The notes under the pieces were generated by a model, which searched no databases, was not told the DNA's origin, and saw only the letters and a program-made list of their open reading frames with translations. 63,667 nucleotides of DNA from Chlamydiae bacterium CG10_big_fil_rev_8_21_14_0_10_35_9. Lineage in GTDB: Bacteria > Chlamydiota > Chlamydiia > Chlamydiales > SM23-39. A program made the position numbers and the translations under genes. Where the stretch lies: positions 1 to 63,667 of the forward strand of contig PFAC01000054.1 of assembly GCA_002773835.1 (NCBI GenBank), written 5' to 3'. Numbering within the stretch: the stretch's first letter is position 1; each line of letters starts with the position of its first letter. Below are positions 1 to 10,296 of this stretch, in pieces.

Positions 1-64
1 AAATAACGCATGACAAACACTCTTCTTATATTCTTTTATAACTGGTATGTGAATTTTTTTGTTT

Positions 65-1015
65 CTAAACTTTTTTGTATGTATTTCCAAATCGGTTTAA
101 ATAATAATCTCGAATACCTAAACATCCAGCTTTATAGCGTTTTAATTTCATAGATTTTTTTTTGACTTTATCTTTGGGCAAAAATCTTTTAAAGAGGAAA
201 AGCTCAAAGGATTTAAGATATCTGAGTTTATAAATTTTAAAAATTTCAGGCAGTAAAACCTTTTTATATGCTGCAACTTTTTCCTTTTTAGAAGTATTTC
301 TACTAATCCAAAACAGTCTGTTTCTCCACCAAAAATAATGCATTTGAGGTTTCCCTCCATCAAAAGAAGCAGAGATTTTGTGAGATATTATGGCATCTTG
401 CACAGAATAAGTTAAAAAGAAATGTTGTTTTGCTCTAAAGCAATAATCACTTTCTTCCCAAAGAAGAAAGAATCTAGGTTCTAAATATCCGATAGTTTCT
501 ACGACTTTTCTTCTGATAAAAAAAGAGCAGCCGCATACATAGTCTACCTGTTTGTATTTCTGAGAAGATAAAACAGTCTTAAATTCACATTTTTTCGCAT
601 CCCACATGCCACCAAAATGATACATTTCATTATTTTGATTTAGCACTTTAGCTCCAAAAATTCCTCCATCTGGATTGTCTTTTGAAGCTTTGACAAAGGC
701 ATGCAATATATTAGAATCTACGAGGGCATCGTTGTTTAGGATTAATATAAAATCAGCCCCTTTGCTCATGGCATATCTAATCCCTACATTATTGCCTTCA
801 GCATATCCCAAGTTCTTATCATTGCAAAGTAAAGTGATTTCAGGGAAAAGCTCTTGAAAGGCTTCAACAGAGCCATCTTTGGACCCATTGTCTATAAGAA
901 CTGTTGAAAAAGCAGGGTAGTTGATTTTTTTTACAGAAGTTACGCACTTAATTGTATCTTCTTTATTTTTCCAATTAAGAATGAGAATGAAAATTTGAGG
1001 AAATTCTTTTTGCAT
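65..1015 (-). CDS. Family 2 glycosyltransferase (COG1216/rhamnosyltransferase-like)
   Basis: N-terminal GT2 fold signature 'IFILILNWKNKEDTIKCVTSV...VLIDNGSKDGS' and 'ILILNNDALVD' (DxD-like). Start overlaps the pyrF stop by 41 nt. Confidence 0.75.
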   Translation of the reverse strand: MQKEFPQIFILILNWKNKEDTIKCVTSVKKINYPAFSTVLIDNGSKDGSVEAFQELFPEITLLCNDKNLGYAEGNNVGIRYAMSKGADFILILNNDALVDSNILHAFVKASKDNPDGGIFGAKVLNQNNEMYHFGGMWDAKKCEFKTVLSSQKYKQVDYVCGCSFFIRRKVVETIGYLEPRFFLLWEESDYCFRAKQHFFLTYSVQDAIISHKISASFDGGKPQMHYFWWRNRLFWISRNTSKKEKVAAYKKVLLPEIFKIYKLRYLKSFELFLFKRFLPKDKVKKKSMKLKRYKAGCLGIRDYYLNRFGNTYKKV

Positions 1016-1766
1016 AACTTTCCCAGCCTTTTTTTCTATACATTTTTGCTCGTTTTAGGGGATCTTTATCCATATATAAAGATCTTCCTACAATTATAAT
1101 ATCGCTTTGTGAAGAAAAAATGATATCATCAATTGTACGATAAGACTGAGAGAGACTGTCACTTTTAGCTTGAAGACTAACTCCAGGAGTTAAGTGAAGA
1201 TGAGCCGGATGATCGGAAACTTTCTCTTGAGAAATAAAACCTATGACAAATTCTTCATAGGCATGAGCCATTTCAATAGCTTTAGCGGTATAGTTTTCTG
1301 TGATTAAATTTCCTTGAGAACTCATTTGAGCAAGTAAAAGAAGGCCTTTTTCTTTTTTCCCGTTAGACTGTAAAAGACCTTCAATAATGCCTTTGCCAGG
1401 CAGGATATGGGCATTAATAATATCAGCCCAGCTAGCAATTTTAAAAATACCTTTTTCATATTGCAAGCGAGCTGTATTTCCAATATCTGCAAACTTACGG
1501 TCTTCAAACAGCAAAAACTGATGTTTTCGAGACAATGTAGTTAATTTATGTATAACTTCGTCAGAAAAATCTTCTAAAATATCAATATGGGTTTTAAGAA
1601 GGCAAATTTCAGGACCTATGTTGTTTGCAAACTCTAGTAGATCTTGGGCCTTTGTAAGGTCTGCTGAAGCACATAAATTGGTTTTCTTTTGTTCCATTAG
1701 CAAAAAAAGCTTTTTGGCTATAGGATTTTTGGTGAGCTTAGAGCGATCAACAAAAGAAAGAGACAT
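975..1766 (-). CDS. pyrF: Orotidine-5'-phosphate decarboxylase, eukaryote (URA3)-like type
   Basis: 'HQFLLFEDRKFADIGNTARLQY...WADIINAH' closely matches the yeast URA3 core as I recall it ('FEDRKFADIGNTVKLQY...WADITNAH'). Lies directly downstream of pyrE. Confidence 0.9.
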   Translation of the reverse strand: MSLSFVDRSKLTKNPIAKKLFLLMEQKKTNLCASADLTKAQDLLEFANNIGPEICLLKTHIDILEDFSDEVIHKLTTLSRKHQFLLFEDRKFADIGNTARLQYEKGIFKIASWADIINAHILPGKGIIEGLLQSNGKKEKGLLLLAQMSSQGNLITENYTAKAIEMAHAYEEFVIGFISQEKVSDHPAHLHLTPGVSLQAKSDSLSQSYRTIDDIIFSSQSDIIIVGRSLYMDKDPLKRAKMYRKKGWESYAKRISSNFHSHS

Positions 1767-1770
1767 GCAG

Positions 1771-2358
1771 CTACAATGGTTTTCTTAAAAAGTTTATGGC
1801 ACTTTCATAATGCTCTTGAGATATTTTTTTTGCATTCATTAGCTGACTTAAGATTTGATGTATCGAAAATAGGGAAGTTAACTGGCAGTTTTCTTTTTTC
1901 AAGGCATCTTGGGCACCTTGCTCACGGTCAATTAAACTGATTACGTGAGTAACTGCAAGACCTTCTTTTCTTGCTGCTAGTACTGTTTCTTTTACACTTG
2001 ATCCAGTAGTAGTTATATCTTCAATAATAAGAACGTTACTACCTTTTTTGTAAACCCCTTCTAATAGCTTTTTAGTGCCATAGGTTTTTCTCTCTTTTCT
2101 CATTAATAACAGAGGCTTTTTAAAAAGTATGGAAAAGGCACTGGCAATAGGAATTCCCGTATAGGGGACTCCTAAAACCGAATCAAAGGTAAGGTTCTTT
2201 ACTTTGGTTTCGACAGCAATAGCAATATTAATCAGAACTTCTGGATAGGAAATAGATTCTCTTAGATCAAGGTAAAAGGGAGAGACTATTTTACTTTTTA
2301 GCTCAAATGATCCGAACTTAATAATTCCTAAGTCATAAAAACAATCAATTAACTGCAT
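1771..2358 (-). CDS. pyrE: Orotate phosphoribosyltransferase
   Basis: PRPP-binding loop 'VLIIEDITTTGSS', 195 aa, sits in the pyr operon. Confidence 0.9.
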   Translation of the reverse strand: MQLIDCFYDLGIIKFGSFELKSKIVSPFYLDLRESISYPEVLINIAIAVETKVKNLTFDSVLGVPYTGIPIASAFSILFKKPLLLMRKERKTYGTKKLLEGVYKKGSNVLIIEDITTTGSSVKETVLAARKEGLAVTHVISLIDREQGAQDALKKENCQLTSLFSIHQILSQLMNAKKISQEHYESAINFLRKPL

Positions 2359-3440
2359 GCATATTTCTCCTTAGAATGGTATTTAGAGGCTAGTAAGGGA
2401 TCAAAAATCATCCCTGTTGCACATAAAGCAATATCGGCACCGTATTTAAAAAACTCATCAAAGTGCTCTGCTAGAGTAATTCCTCCAACACCCATGATGA
2501 TTATGTCCAGTTTTTCTTCCTTTTTTACTTGAAAGGCATTTTGTACGAATTCCAAAGCAAATTTTCTAATTTGTCCTCCACAAATACCACTTGTAGGCCT
2601 TTTAATCCCCAGAGCTGGTTGGCTATCTTTGGTAAAGACCGGTCTTCCTAAGGAATTTAGTCCGCAAATAGCATCAACATTTGCTTTAGCAGCTGCAATA
2701 AATACTTTCTTTAAGTGTTCATATGAAGGGAAATTTCCTACTTTGATAACTAAGGGAAGGGGATATATAGCTGTTTTAAGGGCTTTTGCAAATTGGTAAA
2801 CGCTTTCAGGGTCTAGATAAAGTTGACTATGCGCTGCAGCAACATTTGGGCAGGAAAAGTTTGCCTCAATAATAGATGCTCCTGCTTCTTTAGCTAAAAG
2901 AGCCGTATCGATAAAATCTTGCAAAAGGGAGATATCATTTGTTTGGCTGCCTACTACAGAAACAATTAATACCTGTCCGGGCGCCAGAGAAGCTTTTGCT
3001 TTTGCAATGTCATTTAATAAAAAGTCTCTTGATTGTGAGGGCATGCCAAAAGAGTTAGTAAGAGTTAAATCTTCTAGGGCTTCATGAGGCATATCTATTT
3101 GTACTGCATGATCTTCTTTAAGGTTGACATAGATCATATTAGGCAACGCGTGTCCTTGGTTTTTATAAGAACGAATGGTCTTATATGTTAGAATATCAAA
3201 GCCAAGTTGAGCTGCCAAATTTATCCAGTTAGAGTTTAATAAAGGACCTGCGGCAACTCCGATGGGACTCTTTATTGCGTGCCCAAGAAAATGAATATAA
3301 TTGTTTTTATCTACAGCTTTTCTTTCGGGAATAGCTTTAGTGTAAAATGGGCCTGAAGCGGCATTTTCTGCATAGGATTTTGTGATATCGTAAATAGGCG
3401 GGTTTTCTACATACCATTTTGGTGGCTTCTGTTTATTCAA
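2349..3440 (-). CDS. pyrD: Dihydroorotate dehydrogenase, class 1-like (Cys catalytic base)
   Basis: 'SPIGVAAGP', 'EANFSCPNV' (Cys base) and 'IIMGVGGI'. Overlaps pyrE and pyrC; no pyrK-like partner nearby. Confidence 0.85.
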   Translation of the reverse strand: MNKQKPPKWYVENPPIYDITKSYAENAASGPFYTKAIPERKAVDKNNYIHFLGHAIKSPIGVAAGPLLNSNWINLAAQLGFDILTYKTIRSYKNQGHALPNMIYVNLKEDHAVQIDMPHEALEDLTLTNSFGMPSQSRDFLLNDIAKAKASLAPGQVLIVSVVGSQTNDISLLQDFIDTALLAKEAGASIIEANFSCPNVAAAHSQLYLDPESVYQFAKALKTAIYPLPLVIKVGNFPSYEHLKKVFIAAAKANVDAICGLNSLGRPVFTKDSQPALGIKRPTSGICGGQIRKFALEFVQNAFQVKKEEKLDIIIMGVGGITLAEHFDEFFKYGADIALCATGMIFDPLLASKYHSKEKYACS

Positions 3441-4644
3441 TGTTGAATACCTTTCCTTTTAAAATAACTATTTTGGGCCAGCCTTTTAAAAGCTTGTTTT
3501 CAAAACATGACCAGCCAACTTTTGTTTTCATATGTCCAACTCTTTTTTCAAGGTTTAGATCTGCTAAAACAACATCATCAATGAGAGGAAGGTTGAAAAT
3601 GTCTTGGATTCTTAAATGAGTAAGAGAGACAATTTCCTGCAGTGTTAAACGGTTGTTGTTATACGCATCTAACAATAATGGAAGCATTGTTTCGATGCCG
3701 GGCATGCCCGAAGGGCAAGCCCCATAAGGCTTGTTTTTTTCTTCCAATGTATGTGGAGCGTGATCTGAACCTATACAATCTATGGTTCCGTCTTTTATGC
3801 CTTCCCAAAGGGCATCTCTATCAATCGATTTTCTAAGAGGTGGATTGATGACAGCTTTGGCGCCATATTTCTTGTAGTCATCAACTGTTAGAAATAAATG
3901 ATGAGGTGTTGCCTCTGCATAAATAGGCAAGTGCTTTTGTTTAGCTTTTCTAATGATTTCTAGTTCACCATGTGTACTTACATGAAGAATGTAGACTTTA
4001 GTAGGGTATTTTTCTACAAGTGATACAATTTTATGCACAGCCTTTTCAGCTGCTTTTTCTCCTCGTATAAGAGAGTGATCACTATAACTTAAAGGTCCCT
4101 TTATCTGACGTCTATTGCCTTGGATCATTTCTTCATCTTCAGCATGGACTGCTATAGGGAGATTATGTTTTTGAGCGATTTTAAATACTTCTTCTAAAGT
4201 TTTATTGTCTTGAATTAATAAACCTCCAGTAGAGGATCCCATGAATACCTTTATGCCAATAATATCATCTTTACAGCTTTCTATTTCATGTAAGTGGGCT
4301 TTATCTGCACCAAGGTAAAAAAAATGACGAAGAGGAATATTTACGCTCTTTAGCTGGTTAAATATTTTTTTCTTCTTATCTTGAAGAGCTGAAAAACTTA
4401 CACAAGGAGGAGTGTTATTGGGCATGTCAAATACAGTTGTGACCCCTCCATAAATAGCTGCCTTTGCTGCGGTTTCCCAGTTTTCTTTGTGTTCATGTCC
4501 AGGAACTCTAAAATGGACATGTGGGTCAATGAGAGCAGGTAGCAATGTAAGACCTGAGGCATCTATTATATGATTTTCTTTGCTTTCTATAAAATGGGTG
4601 ACTTTTTTCCCTTCAATATTTTTTGCATTTTTAATTTCTATCAC
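3433..4644 (-). CDS. pyrC: Dihydroorotase
   Basis: Amidohydrolase metal motif 'IDPHVHFRVPG', 'AVHAED' and 'GSDHAPH'. 403 aa. Confidence 0.9.
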   Translation of the reverse strand: MIEIKNAKNIEGKKVTHFIESKENHIIDASGLTLLPALIDPHVHFRVPGHEHKENWETAAKAAIYGGVTTVFDMPNNTPPCVSFSALQDKKKKIFNQLKSVNIPLRHFFYLGADKAHLHEIESCKDDIIGIKVFMGSSTGGLLIQDNKTLEEVFKIAQKHNLPIAVHAEDEEMIQGNRRQIKGPLSYSDHSLIRGEKAAEKAVHKIVSLVEKYPTKVYILHVSTHGELEIIRKAKQKHLPIYAEATPHHLFLTVDDYKKYGAKAVINPPLRKSIDRDALWEGIKDGTIDCIGSDHAPHTLEEKNKPYGACPSGMPGIETMLPLLLDAYNNNRLTLQEIVSLTHLRIQDIFNLPLIDDVVLADLNLEKRVGHMKTKVGWSCFENKLLKGWPKIVILKGKVFNIE

Positions 4645-5101
4645 TAATAAACTCTTTTATTTCTTCTTTAGAAAATTTTTTACAGCAGTATTTGCAAGAC
4701 AACTCAGTTAAAGAGCCAATTTGCTCAACTATAAAATATGTCTTGATCCTTTCATGGTTGGTAATACATTGATGATTAGGACAAATAAGTACTGATGAAA
4801 TTTGACTTGGGAGAGTATTGCTTATTTTTCTGACAACTTTATAGTTTTCGATATAATTAATTGTGGCCAGCGGAGAAAAAAGCGCTATTTGTTTTGCTTG
4901 CTCTACATTTATCTGACAGTTTTCAATTTTAATTAAATCTTTTTTCCCTAAAGCCTTACTAGGTAGATTAAGGCCAATGGTCACAAGATCTTCATGTAGG
5001 TAAAAATTTAAAAGACGTAAGATTTTAAGTCCTTCGCCTTGAGCTATGTGATCAATCACCGTGCCATTTTTAATAGCAGCTACTAAAAGTGTCTTATCCA
5101 A
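4631..5101 (-). CDS. pyrI: Aspartate carbamoyltransferase regulatory subunit
   Basis: 'AIKNGTVIDHI' N-domain and a C-terminal Zn domain with 'CPNHQCITN...CKYCCKKF' (4 Cys). Overlaps pyrB and pyrC. Confidence 0.9.
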   Translation of the reverse strand: MDKTLLVAAIKNGTVIDHIAQGEGLKILRLLNFYLHEDLVTIGLNLPSKALGKKDLIKIENCQINVEQAKQIALFSPLATINYIENYKVVRKISNTLPSQISSVLICPNHQCITNHERIKTYFIVEQIGSLTELSCKYCCKKFSKEEIKEFISDRN

Positions 5102-6017
5102 TATTTCCTCCTAAAAAAAGAGCAAGTATGGCCTCTCTTACAAAAACTCCATTGGCAGCTTGCTGGAAGTAATATGCATGAGGGGTTTTATCTATATCGA
5201 TGTCTATTTCATGCACTCTTGGTAAGGGATGAAGAATTTTCATATTCTTTTTAACTTTTTTTAAATGCGGGAGCTGTAGGATGAACTGACTTTGTAATTT
5301 TTGATATTCCAAATAAGGTATGCGCTCTTTCTGAATGCGAGTCATATAAAGAATATCAACTTTATCTAGGACTTCTTCAAAAGATTTGTGAAAGGAAAAT
5401 TTAATCCCTTTCTTTTTAAGATCACTGGTTTCCTCTTCAGGCAAACTTAAAGTAGGAGGGGAAATGAAATACATACGAGCTTTAAAATTAGACAGGCCTA
5501 AAGCCAAGGAATGAGCAGTTCTGCCGTATCTTAAATCTCCTACAAATGCTATTTTTAAATCTTCTAAGCTAGACTGAGACTCTTCAATAGTAAATAAGTC
5601 TACTAAAGTCTGCGTTGGATGTTGGTTAGCTCCATCTCCAGCATTGATAACTGGCACGGAGCTTACTTCGGCAGCTTGCATTGCAGAGCCCTCTAAAGGG
5701 TGGCGCATAACAATTATGTCTGCATAAGAGCTCATAATCTTCATGCTATCAGATAATGACTCTCCTTTTTCCGTAGAAGTTATTTTGCTATCGGAAAATC
5801 CAATAACTTTTCCACCGAGGCGAAGCATGGCTGCCTCAAAAGAAAGTTTTGTTCGTGTAGAAGGTTCAAAAAAGCAGTTTGCCAGAATTTTATTTTTCAA
5901 AAGATCAGGCTTAGGATTTTTCTTTAATTCTCTAGCTTTTTTTAAAATATATAAGATTTCTGATTTGGTAAGATCAAAGATAGATACTAAATCCCTACCT
6001 GCAAACTTGTTTGACAT
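5094..6017 (-). CDS. pyrB: Aspartate carbamoyltransferase catalytic subunit
   Basis: 'FFEPSTRTKLSFE', 'HPTQ' and 'HPLPRVHEI' motifs. Confidence 0.95.
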   Translation of the reverse strand: MSNKFAGRDLVSIFDLTKSEILYILKKARELKKNPKPDLLKNKILANCFFEPSTRTKLSFEAAMLRLGGKVIGFSDSKITSTEKGESLSDSMKIMSSYADIIVMRHPLEGSAMQAAEVSSVPVINAGDGANQHPTQTLVDLFTIEESQSSLEDLKIAFVGDLRYGRTAHSLALGLSNFKARMYFISPPTLSLPEEETSDLKKKGIKFSFHKSFEEVLDKVDILYMTRIQKERIPYLEYQKLQSQFILQLPHLKKVKKNMKILHPLPRVHEIDIDIDKTPHAYYFQQAANGVFVREAILALFLGGNIG

Positions 6018-6060
6018 GCCTTTATGTAAAAAGTTTCCTTTAATCTTAAAGAGGAAGTTT

Positions 6061-7122
6061 TTAATGGGCTAGTAAAAATTTACATTTTTCAAAGACTTCC
6101 TCAGGACCTATCTGATATAGACAAAAAGGTTCTTTGCACTTTCTTGCCATGCAAAAAGAACAGGTCTTTTTTTTATAAAAAACATGGGAATCTTTAGAAA
6201 GAGGTCCACAAAGATTTGGATTAGTCGGAGAAAAAATGCCAATTGTTTTGATGTTTAAGGCCTCAGCCAAGTGCATAGGACCTGTATCATTGGAAATCAC
6301 AAGGTCCATTTGAGAAAGTAAGCCAGCAAACTTTCTCATGTCGAGGTTTTGTACTATTTGAACAAAAGGTGCCTCTGAAGCAATTTTATGTAATGTGCTT
6401 TTTTCATGAGGTGAACCAGTTAGATAAAGATCTATAGAAAAGTCATTATGTAGCAGATGAATAAGTTTTATAAAGTTTGATGAAGGCCAACACTTATAGC
6501 CATCTTTAGCTCCTGGATGAATGGCAACTTTTAATTTGTCCGGTGTAACAAACTTTTGAAACTGCTCTTTTTCTTTTTCTGTTAGATAAAAGGAAAGAGT
6601 CGATGGCTTAGCAAAAACTTGTAAGGCTTCTAATTGCTTTAACCTTCTTACAACTTCATGAGTTTTGTTATCTTCAAAAGCATTGGTGAGTAAGAAATCT
6701 AACCCTTTGCATTTATTTTTTGTTCCTACAACTTTTTCAGCTCCAATAATGCAACTTAAAGGCAGAACAAATCTTTGAGAAGTATGAAAGTGAAATACAA
6801 TTTGAAACTTTTCTTTCCTTAATTTTTTCCATAAGGAGAACAATGAAGAAGAAAGAGTAAAAATTTGGTTAACATGCGGATTGTTTTGAAAAACTTGCGC
6901 GCCAAAAGACGTAGTAAGAACAGCTAAGTAAGCATTTGGGAAGTATTGTTTTAAAGTAGAAAAAGCAGGTGTGGCCCAAAGAGAGTCACCAAGGCCAGTT
7001 GTTGATAAGATCAAAACCCGTAAATTCTTAGAGTCAACGCAATTCTTTTTAAGGAAAAAGCTAATCGCTTTAACTAAGATTTTAAAAATTTTATTTTTAT
7101 ACTTGCTTAAAAGTTTCTTCAT
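6061..7122 (-). CDS. Family 9 glycosyltransferase (LPS heptosyltransferase-like)
   Basis: 'RVLILSTTGLGDSLWATPAFSTLK' and 'LVISNDTGPMHLAEAL', typical of the GT9 family. Confidence 0.8.
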   Translation of the reverse strand: MKKLLSKYKNKIFKILVKAISFFLKKNCVDSKNLRVLILSTTGLGDSLWATPAFSTLKQYFPNAYLAVLTTSFGAQVFQNNPHVNQIFTLSSSLFSLWKKLRKEKFQIVFHFHTSQRFVLPLSCIIGAEKVVGTKNKCKGLDFLLTNAFEDNKTHEVVRRLKQLEALQVFAKPSTLSFYLTEKEKEQFQKFVTPDKLKVAIHPGAKDGYKCWPSSNFIKLIHLLHNDFSIDLYLTGSPHEKSTLHKIASEAPFVQIVQNLDMRKFAGLLSQMDLVISNDTGPMHLAEALNIKTIGIFSPTNPNLCGPLSKDSHVFYKKKTCSFCMARKCKEPFCLYQIGPEEVFEKCKFLLAH

Positions 7123-7158
7123 TCCAAATATTGCATATCCAAATTTTTTTTGAGGTAT

Positions 7159-7701
7159 ATGATGACATCAGCAGCAAGTTCAATTATTACATCGGTATCA
7201 AGTTCAGTAAAGGGTAATCCAAATTTTTATTCAGATAAATTAGAAAAAGCCACATCAGGAAGTGAGTTCAATACTGTAATTCACAGCAGCATGCTTCCTA
7301 AAGCTTCTATTTTTATATTTGCCCCTTTTGCTGATGCTATCCTTACAGATGAGCAGAAAAAAATTCTTCAGGTTTTTTTTGATGGAATTTCAAAACAAGT
7401 TAAAAATATGCATGATGATGCTTATGAAGACATCTCTTTAGAGCTTAAAGTCTCAAATAAAACAATAACGCCTATTACTTGTTTAGTTGTTCCTTATAAA
7501 GATAATGGGATCAATTTAATTCAAAAATTAAATGCCTTCATGGAAGAAATAGGAGGACAACTTTTGAGTAATCTAAGCGGTATTTTCCTATCTAATCTTC
7601 CAAATTCCAAGCAGCCACATGCCATTGAAATAGAGCCTTCCAATAATGTTTACGTACTACATAATCTCACTGAGGTCACATCTAATATACGTAAGGTATA
7701 A
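7159..7701 (+). CDS. Hypothetical protein with Ser-rich N-terminus
   Basis: ORF only. The track starts at TTG 7150, but ATG 7159/7162 follows a GAGG. No recognisable domain. The 3' end overlaps the convergent sterol reductase gene by 20 nt. Confidence 0.45.
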   Translation: MMTSAASSIITSVSSSVKGNPNFYSDKLEKATSGSEFNTVIHSSMLPKASIFIFAPFADAILTDEQKKILQVFFDGISKQVKNMHDDAYEDISLELKVSNKTITPITCLVVPYKDNGINLIQKLNAFMEEIGGQLLSNLSGIFLSNLPNSKQPHAIEIEPSNNVYVLHNLTEVTSNIRKV

Positions 7702-9019
7702 ATTTGTAAGGGACAGCTTTGCAGTAGCGGTCCCAATCGGATCCATATTTTTTGGAGCAGCGGTAAACATCCCTTTGGTACCGATGCGTGATCATTAAAG
7801 CAAAAAATACTGGATACAAATAAGGCAGGATCCCTGAAAACCCACAGCTTAAGCCCCAAGTTATTGCCATAAGGGTATCTGCTGTATAGTGGATTTTTCG
7901 ACCATAACGATACCAGCCGTCAATTAAGAGGGCTCCTCCATCAGAAGTTTTTATGTATTTGGGGTCTTTCAATGTTCCCCAAGGCAGTTGAGGAAAAGTT
8001 TTTCGCTTAATATAAGTCCCTCTTAATTGCATGCGGAATCTGTTTTTTTGACTGTTAGCCGTGTCCCATACATAGTAAGCTCCTAATAAGAGGGCAAACA
8101 GAAATACCATATAGATAGGTGAATGGTGGATATTATTTTCTAGGATGTAGAAGGAAGAAAAACAATAAACAAAGGGAACACCCACATAATTCCAAAAAAT
8201 TAACATCCATCCAAATTTTTCATGAAAAATGTCCCATGTTGTAGGAATGCACTCTTCTCCTTTCATGCATGCATTAACATACAGGCCATGGGCTAGAATC
8301 ATAAAAACCATAGGAGCTGTAACTGTCCCATATATGGAATATTGTTTGGCCGCTGCCGACAATGTTAAGAAGAAAAGAAGTACCCAAGGAATACGGATCT
8401 CTGAAAATAATTTTATATCAACCCCCCAAATTCTGGGATTTAGCATTTTTCCCATAAAAAAATCATAGATCAGGTTGCCTGTTGGGGTAGTTTCTTTTTT
8501 TGTTATAGTGGCAATTGTAAATAAGGCTAATGCAAAGAGATTGGCTGTGATGATGCCAACAGTAATTAAAGGACCTAAATTATCAGCTAGGGCGGTTAGA
8601 GGAAAAATTCCAGTATAGTGTAGGGCAATCGCAGTAATCAAAGTTACATACCAGCTGGCGACTCCATTGCATAAGTAGTTTAGCTGAATATTTCCTTCTG
8701 AGGGGACTGGTAAGCCTTTTACATTTATTCCTGGCAATATTTTAGCTAGTAAAAACTGGAAAGCAATCAACCCTAAGTAAATGCCAGCAGCATACATTGT
8801 AGGGTGGGCACCTTCTAAAATATAGTTAGTCATGCGATGTAAAAAAGGGAAGAAGTCACTCAAAGAAGAAGGATAAACTAAAGATCCGTTGTAATAGGTT
8901 AGAGAAATCCATAAATAGTATAGTAGCAAATGTGAAAAGATTATGATAAAAAAGGCGCCAATGGGCCCCCCAAATTCATACTCTTGTTTGTTTGCGTGGG
9001 ATAAAGAACTTTTACTCAT
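7682..9019 (-). CDS. ERG4/ERG24-family sterol reductase (7-dehydrocholesterol / C14-reductase-like)
   Basis: Polytopic membrane protein with the C-terminal family signature 'LLIDGWYRYGRKIHYTADTLMAITWGL...ITHRYQRDVYRCSKKYGSDWDRYC...VPYKFIPYVY'. Confidence 0.85.
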   Translation of the reverse strand: MSKSSLSHANKQEYEFGGPIGAFFIIIFSHLLLYYLWISLTYYNGSLVYPSSLSDFFPFLHRMTNYILEGAHPTMYAAGIYLGLIAFQFLLAKILPGINVKGLPVPSEGNIQLNYLCNGVASWYVTLITAIALHYTGIFPLTALADNLGPLITVGIITANLFALALFTIATITKKETTPTGNLIYDFFMGKMLNPRIWGVDIKLFSEIRIPWVLLFFLTLSAAAKQYSIYGTVTAPMVFMILAHGLYVNACMKGEECIPTTWDIFHEKFGWMLIFWNYVGVPFVYCFSSFYILENNIHHSPIYMVFLFALLLGAYYVWDTANSQKNRFRMQLRGTYIKRKTFPQLPWGTLKDPKYIKTSDGGALLIDGWYRYGRKIHYTADTLMAITWGLSCGFSGILPYLYPVFFALMITHRYQRDVYRCSKKYGSDWDRYCKAVPYKFIPYVY

Positions 9020-9085
9020 ATATAAAACTTTTTTTTATTTTTTAATTAAAGGCTAAAAAAAAGTTTTGGTCAATGTTGTAAAACC

Positions 9086-10237
9086 TTAATTTTGATACCC
9101 ATCTTTAAGCAGTTTTTCTTGGAAGGCGATGTTGCGATCTGCTTGCATCATTATCTTCACCAGATTTTGAAAGGTTGTTGCTGGTTTCCAGTTCAAATAA
9201 TCTCTAGCTAAAGATGCATCTCCAATAAGTTGTTCTACTTCGGTGGGTCGAAAATAACGGGGATCCACTTTAACTAAGACTTGTTTGGTGTTTTTATCTA
9301 TGCCGATTTCGTTTACCCCAATACCTTGCCACACAATATTGATGCCAACTTCTTTAAAACAGGCTTCAACAAATTCACGGACAGAGTGCATCTCACCTGT
9401 AGCAATCACGTAATCACGAGGAATGTCTTGTTGAAGCATAAGCCACATAGCTTCCACATAGTCTTTAGCATATCCCCAATCTCTTTTAGCATCTAAGTTA
9501 CCTAAATAAAGGGTATCTTGAAGGCCTTCTTTAATACGCGAGACTGCCTGAGTGATTTTTCTTGTAACAAAAGTAATGCCTCTTCTAGGAGATTCATGAT
9601 TGAACAGTATTCCGTTGCAAGCGTAGATTCCATAGGCTTCTCGATAATTTATTGTAATCCAATAAGCAAATAGTTTTGCGCAAGCATAAGGGGACCTTGG
9701 GTAAAAAGGGGTTGTTTCCTTTTGAGGAATTTCTTGAACAAGTCCATATAGTTCGCTGGTGGAGGCTTGATAAAAGCGAACTTTTTTTTCCATGTTTAGC
9801 GACCTGATGGCTTCCAATATGCGTAAAGTGGCTAAACCATCTACGTCAGCCGTGTACTCAGGAAGTTCAAAGGAAACACGGACATGACTTTGCGCTCCTA
9901 AATTATAGATTTCGTCCGGCTGTATTTTTTGTATTAAAGATAGTACATTTGAAGTATCCGTCAAATCACCGTAATGCAAAAAAAAAGACCGATTTTCATC
10001 CTGAGGCTTTTGATACAAATGGTCGACTCTTTGAGTGTTTAAAGACGAAGACCTACGCTTTACGCCATGCACTTCATATCCTTTTTCTAAAAGAAACTCA
10101 GATAAATAGGCTCCATCTTGGCCTGTAACACCAAAAATTAAAGCTTTTTTAGGAGAGGAAAAGACAATTAAAGGAAAAAGAATAAGACACAACCACTTCA
10201 TTATAAACTCTTTTGTAAAAAATCTATTAAAATTCAC
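9086..10237 (-). CDS. gmd: GDP-mannose 4,6-dehydratase with an N-terminal hydrophobic extension
   Basis: '[27 protein letters not shown]', '[12 protein letters not shown]' and '[10 protein letters not shown]'. Preceded by '[16 protein letters not shown]'; the alternative start is ATG 10201. Confidence 0.9.
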   Translation of the reverse strand: MNFNRFFTKEFIMKWLCLILFPLIVFSSPKKALIFGVTGQDGAYLSEFLLEKGYEVHGVKRRSSSLNTQRVDHLYQKPQDENRSFFLHYGDLTDTSNVLSLIQKIQPDEIYNLGAQSHVRVSFELPEYTADVDGLATLRILEAIRSLNMEKKVRFYQASTSELYGLVQEIPQKETTPFYPRSPYACAKLFAYWITINYREAYGIYACNGILFNHESPRRGITFVTRKITQAVSRIKEGLQDTLYLGNLDAKRDWGYAKDYVEAMWLMLQQDIPRDYVIATGEMHSVREFVEACFKEVGINIVWQGIGVNEIGIDKNTKQVLVKVDPRYFRPTEVEQLIGDASLARDYLNWKPATTFQNLVKIMMQADRNIAFQEKLLKDGYQN

Positions 10238-10296
10238 AAGAAAAAATAACAGATTACAAAAGGAGCTGTTTAAACTGAATTTTTTTTAGAAAAATT

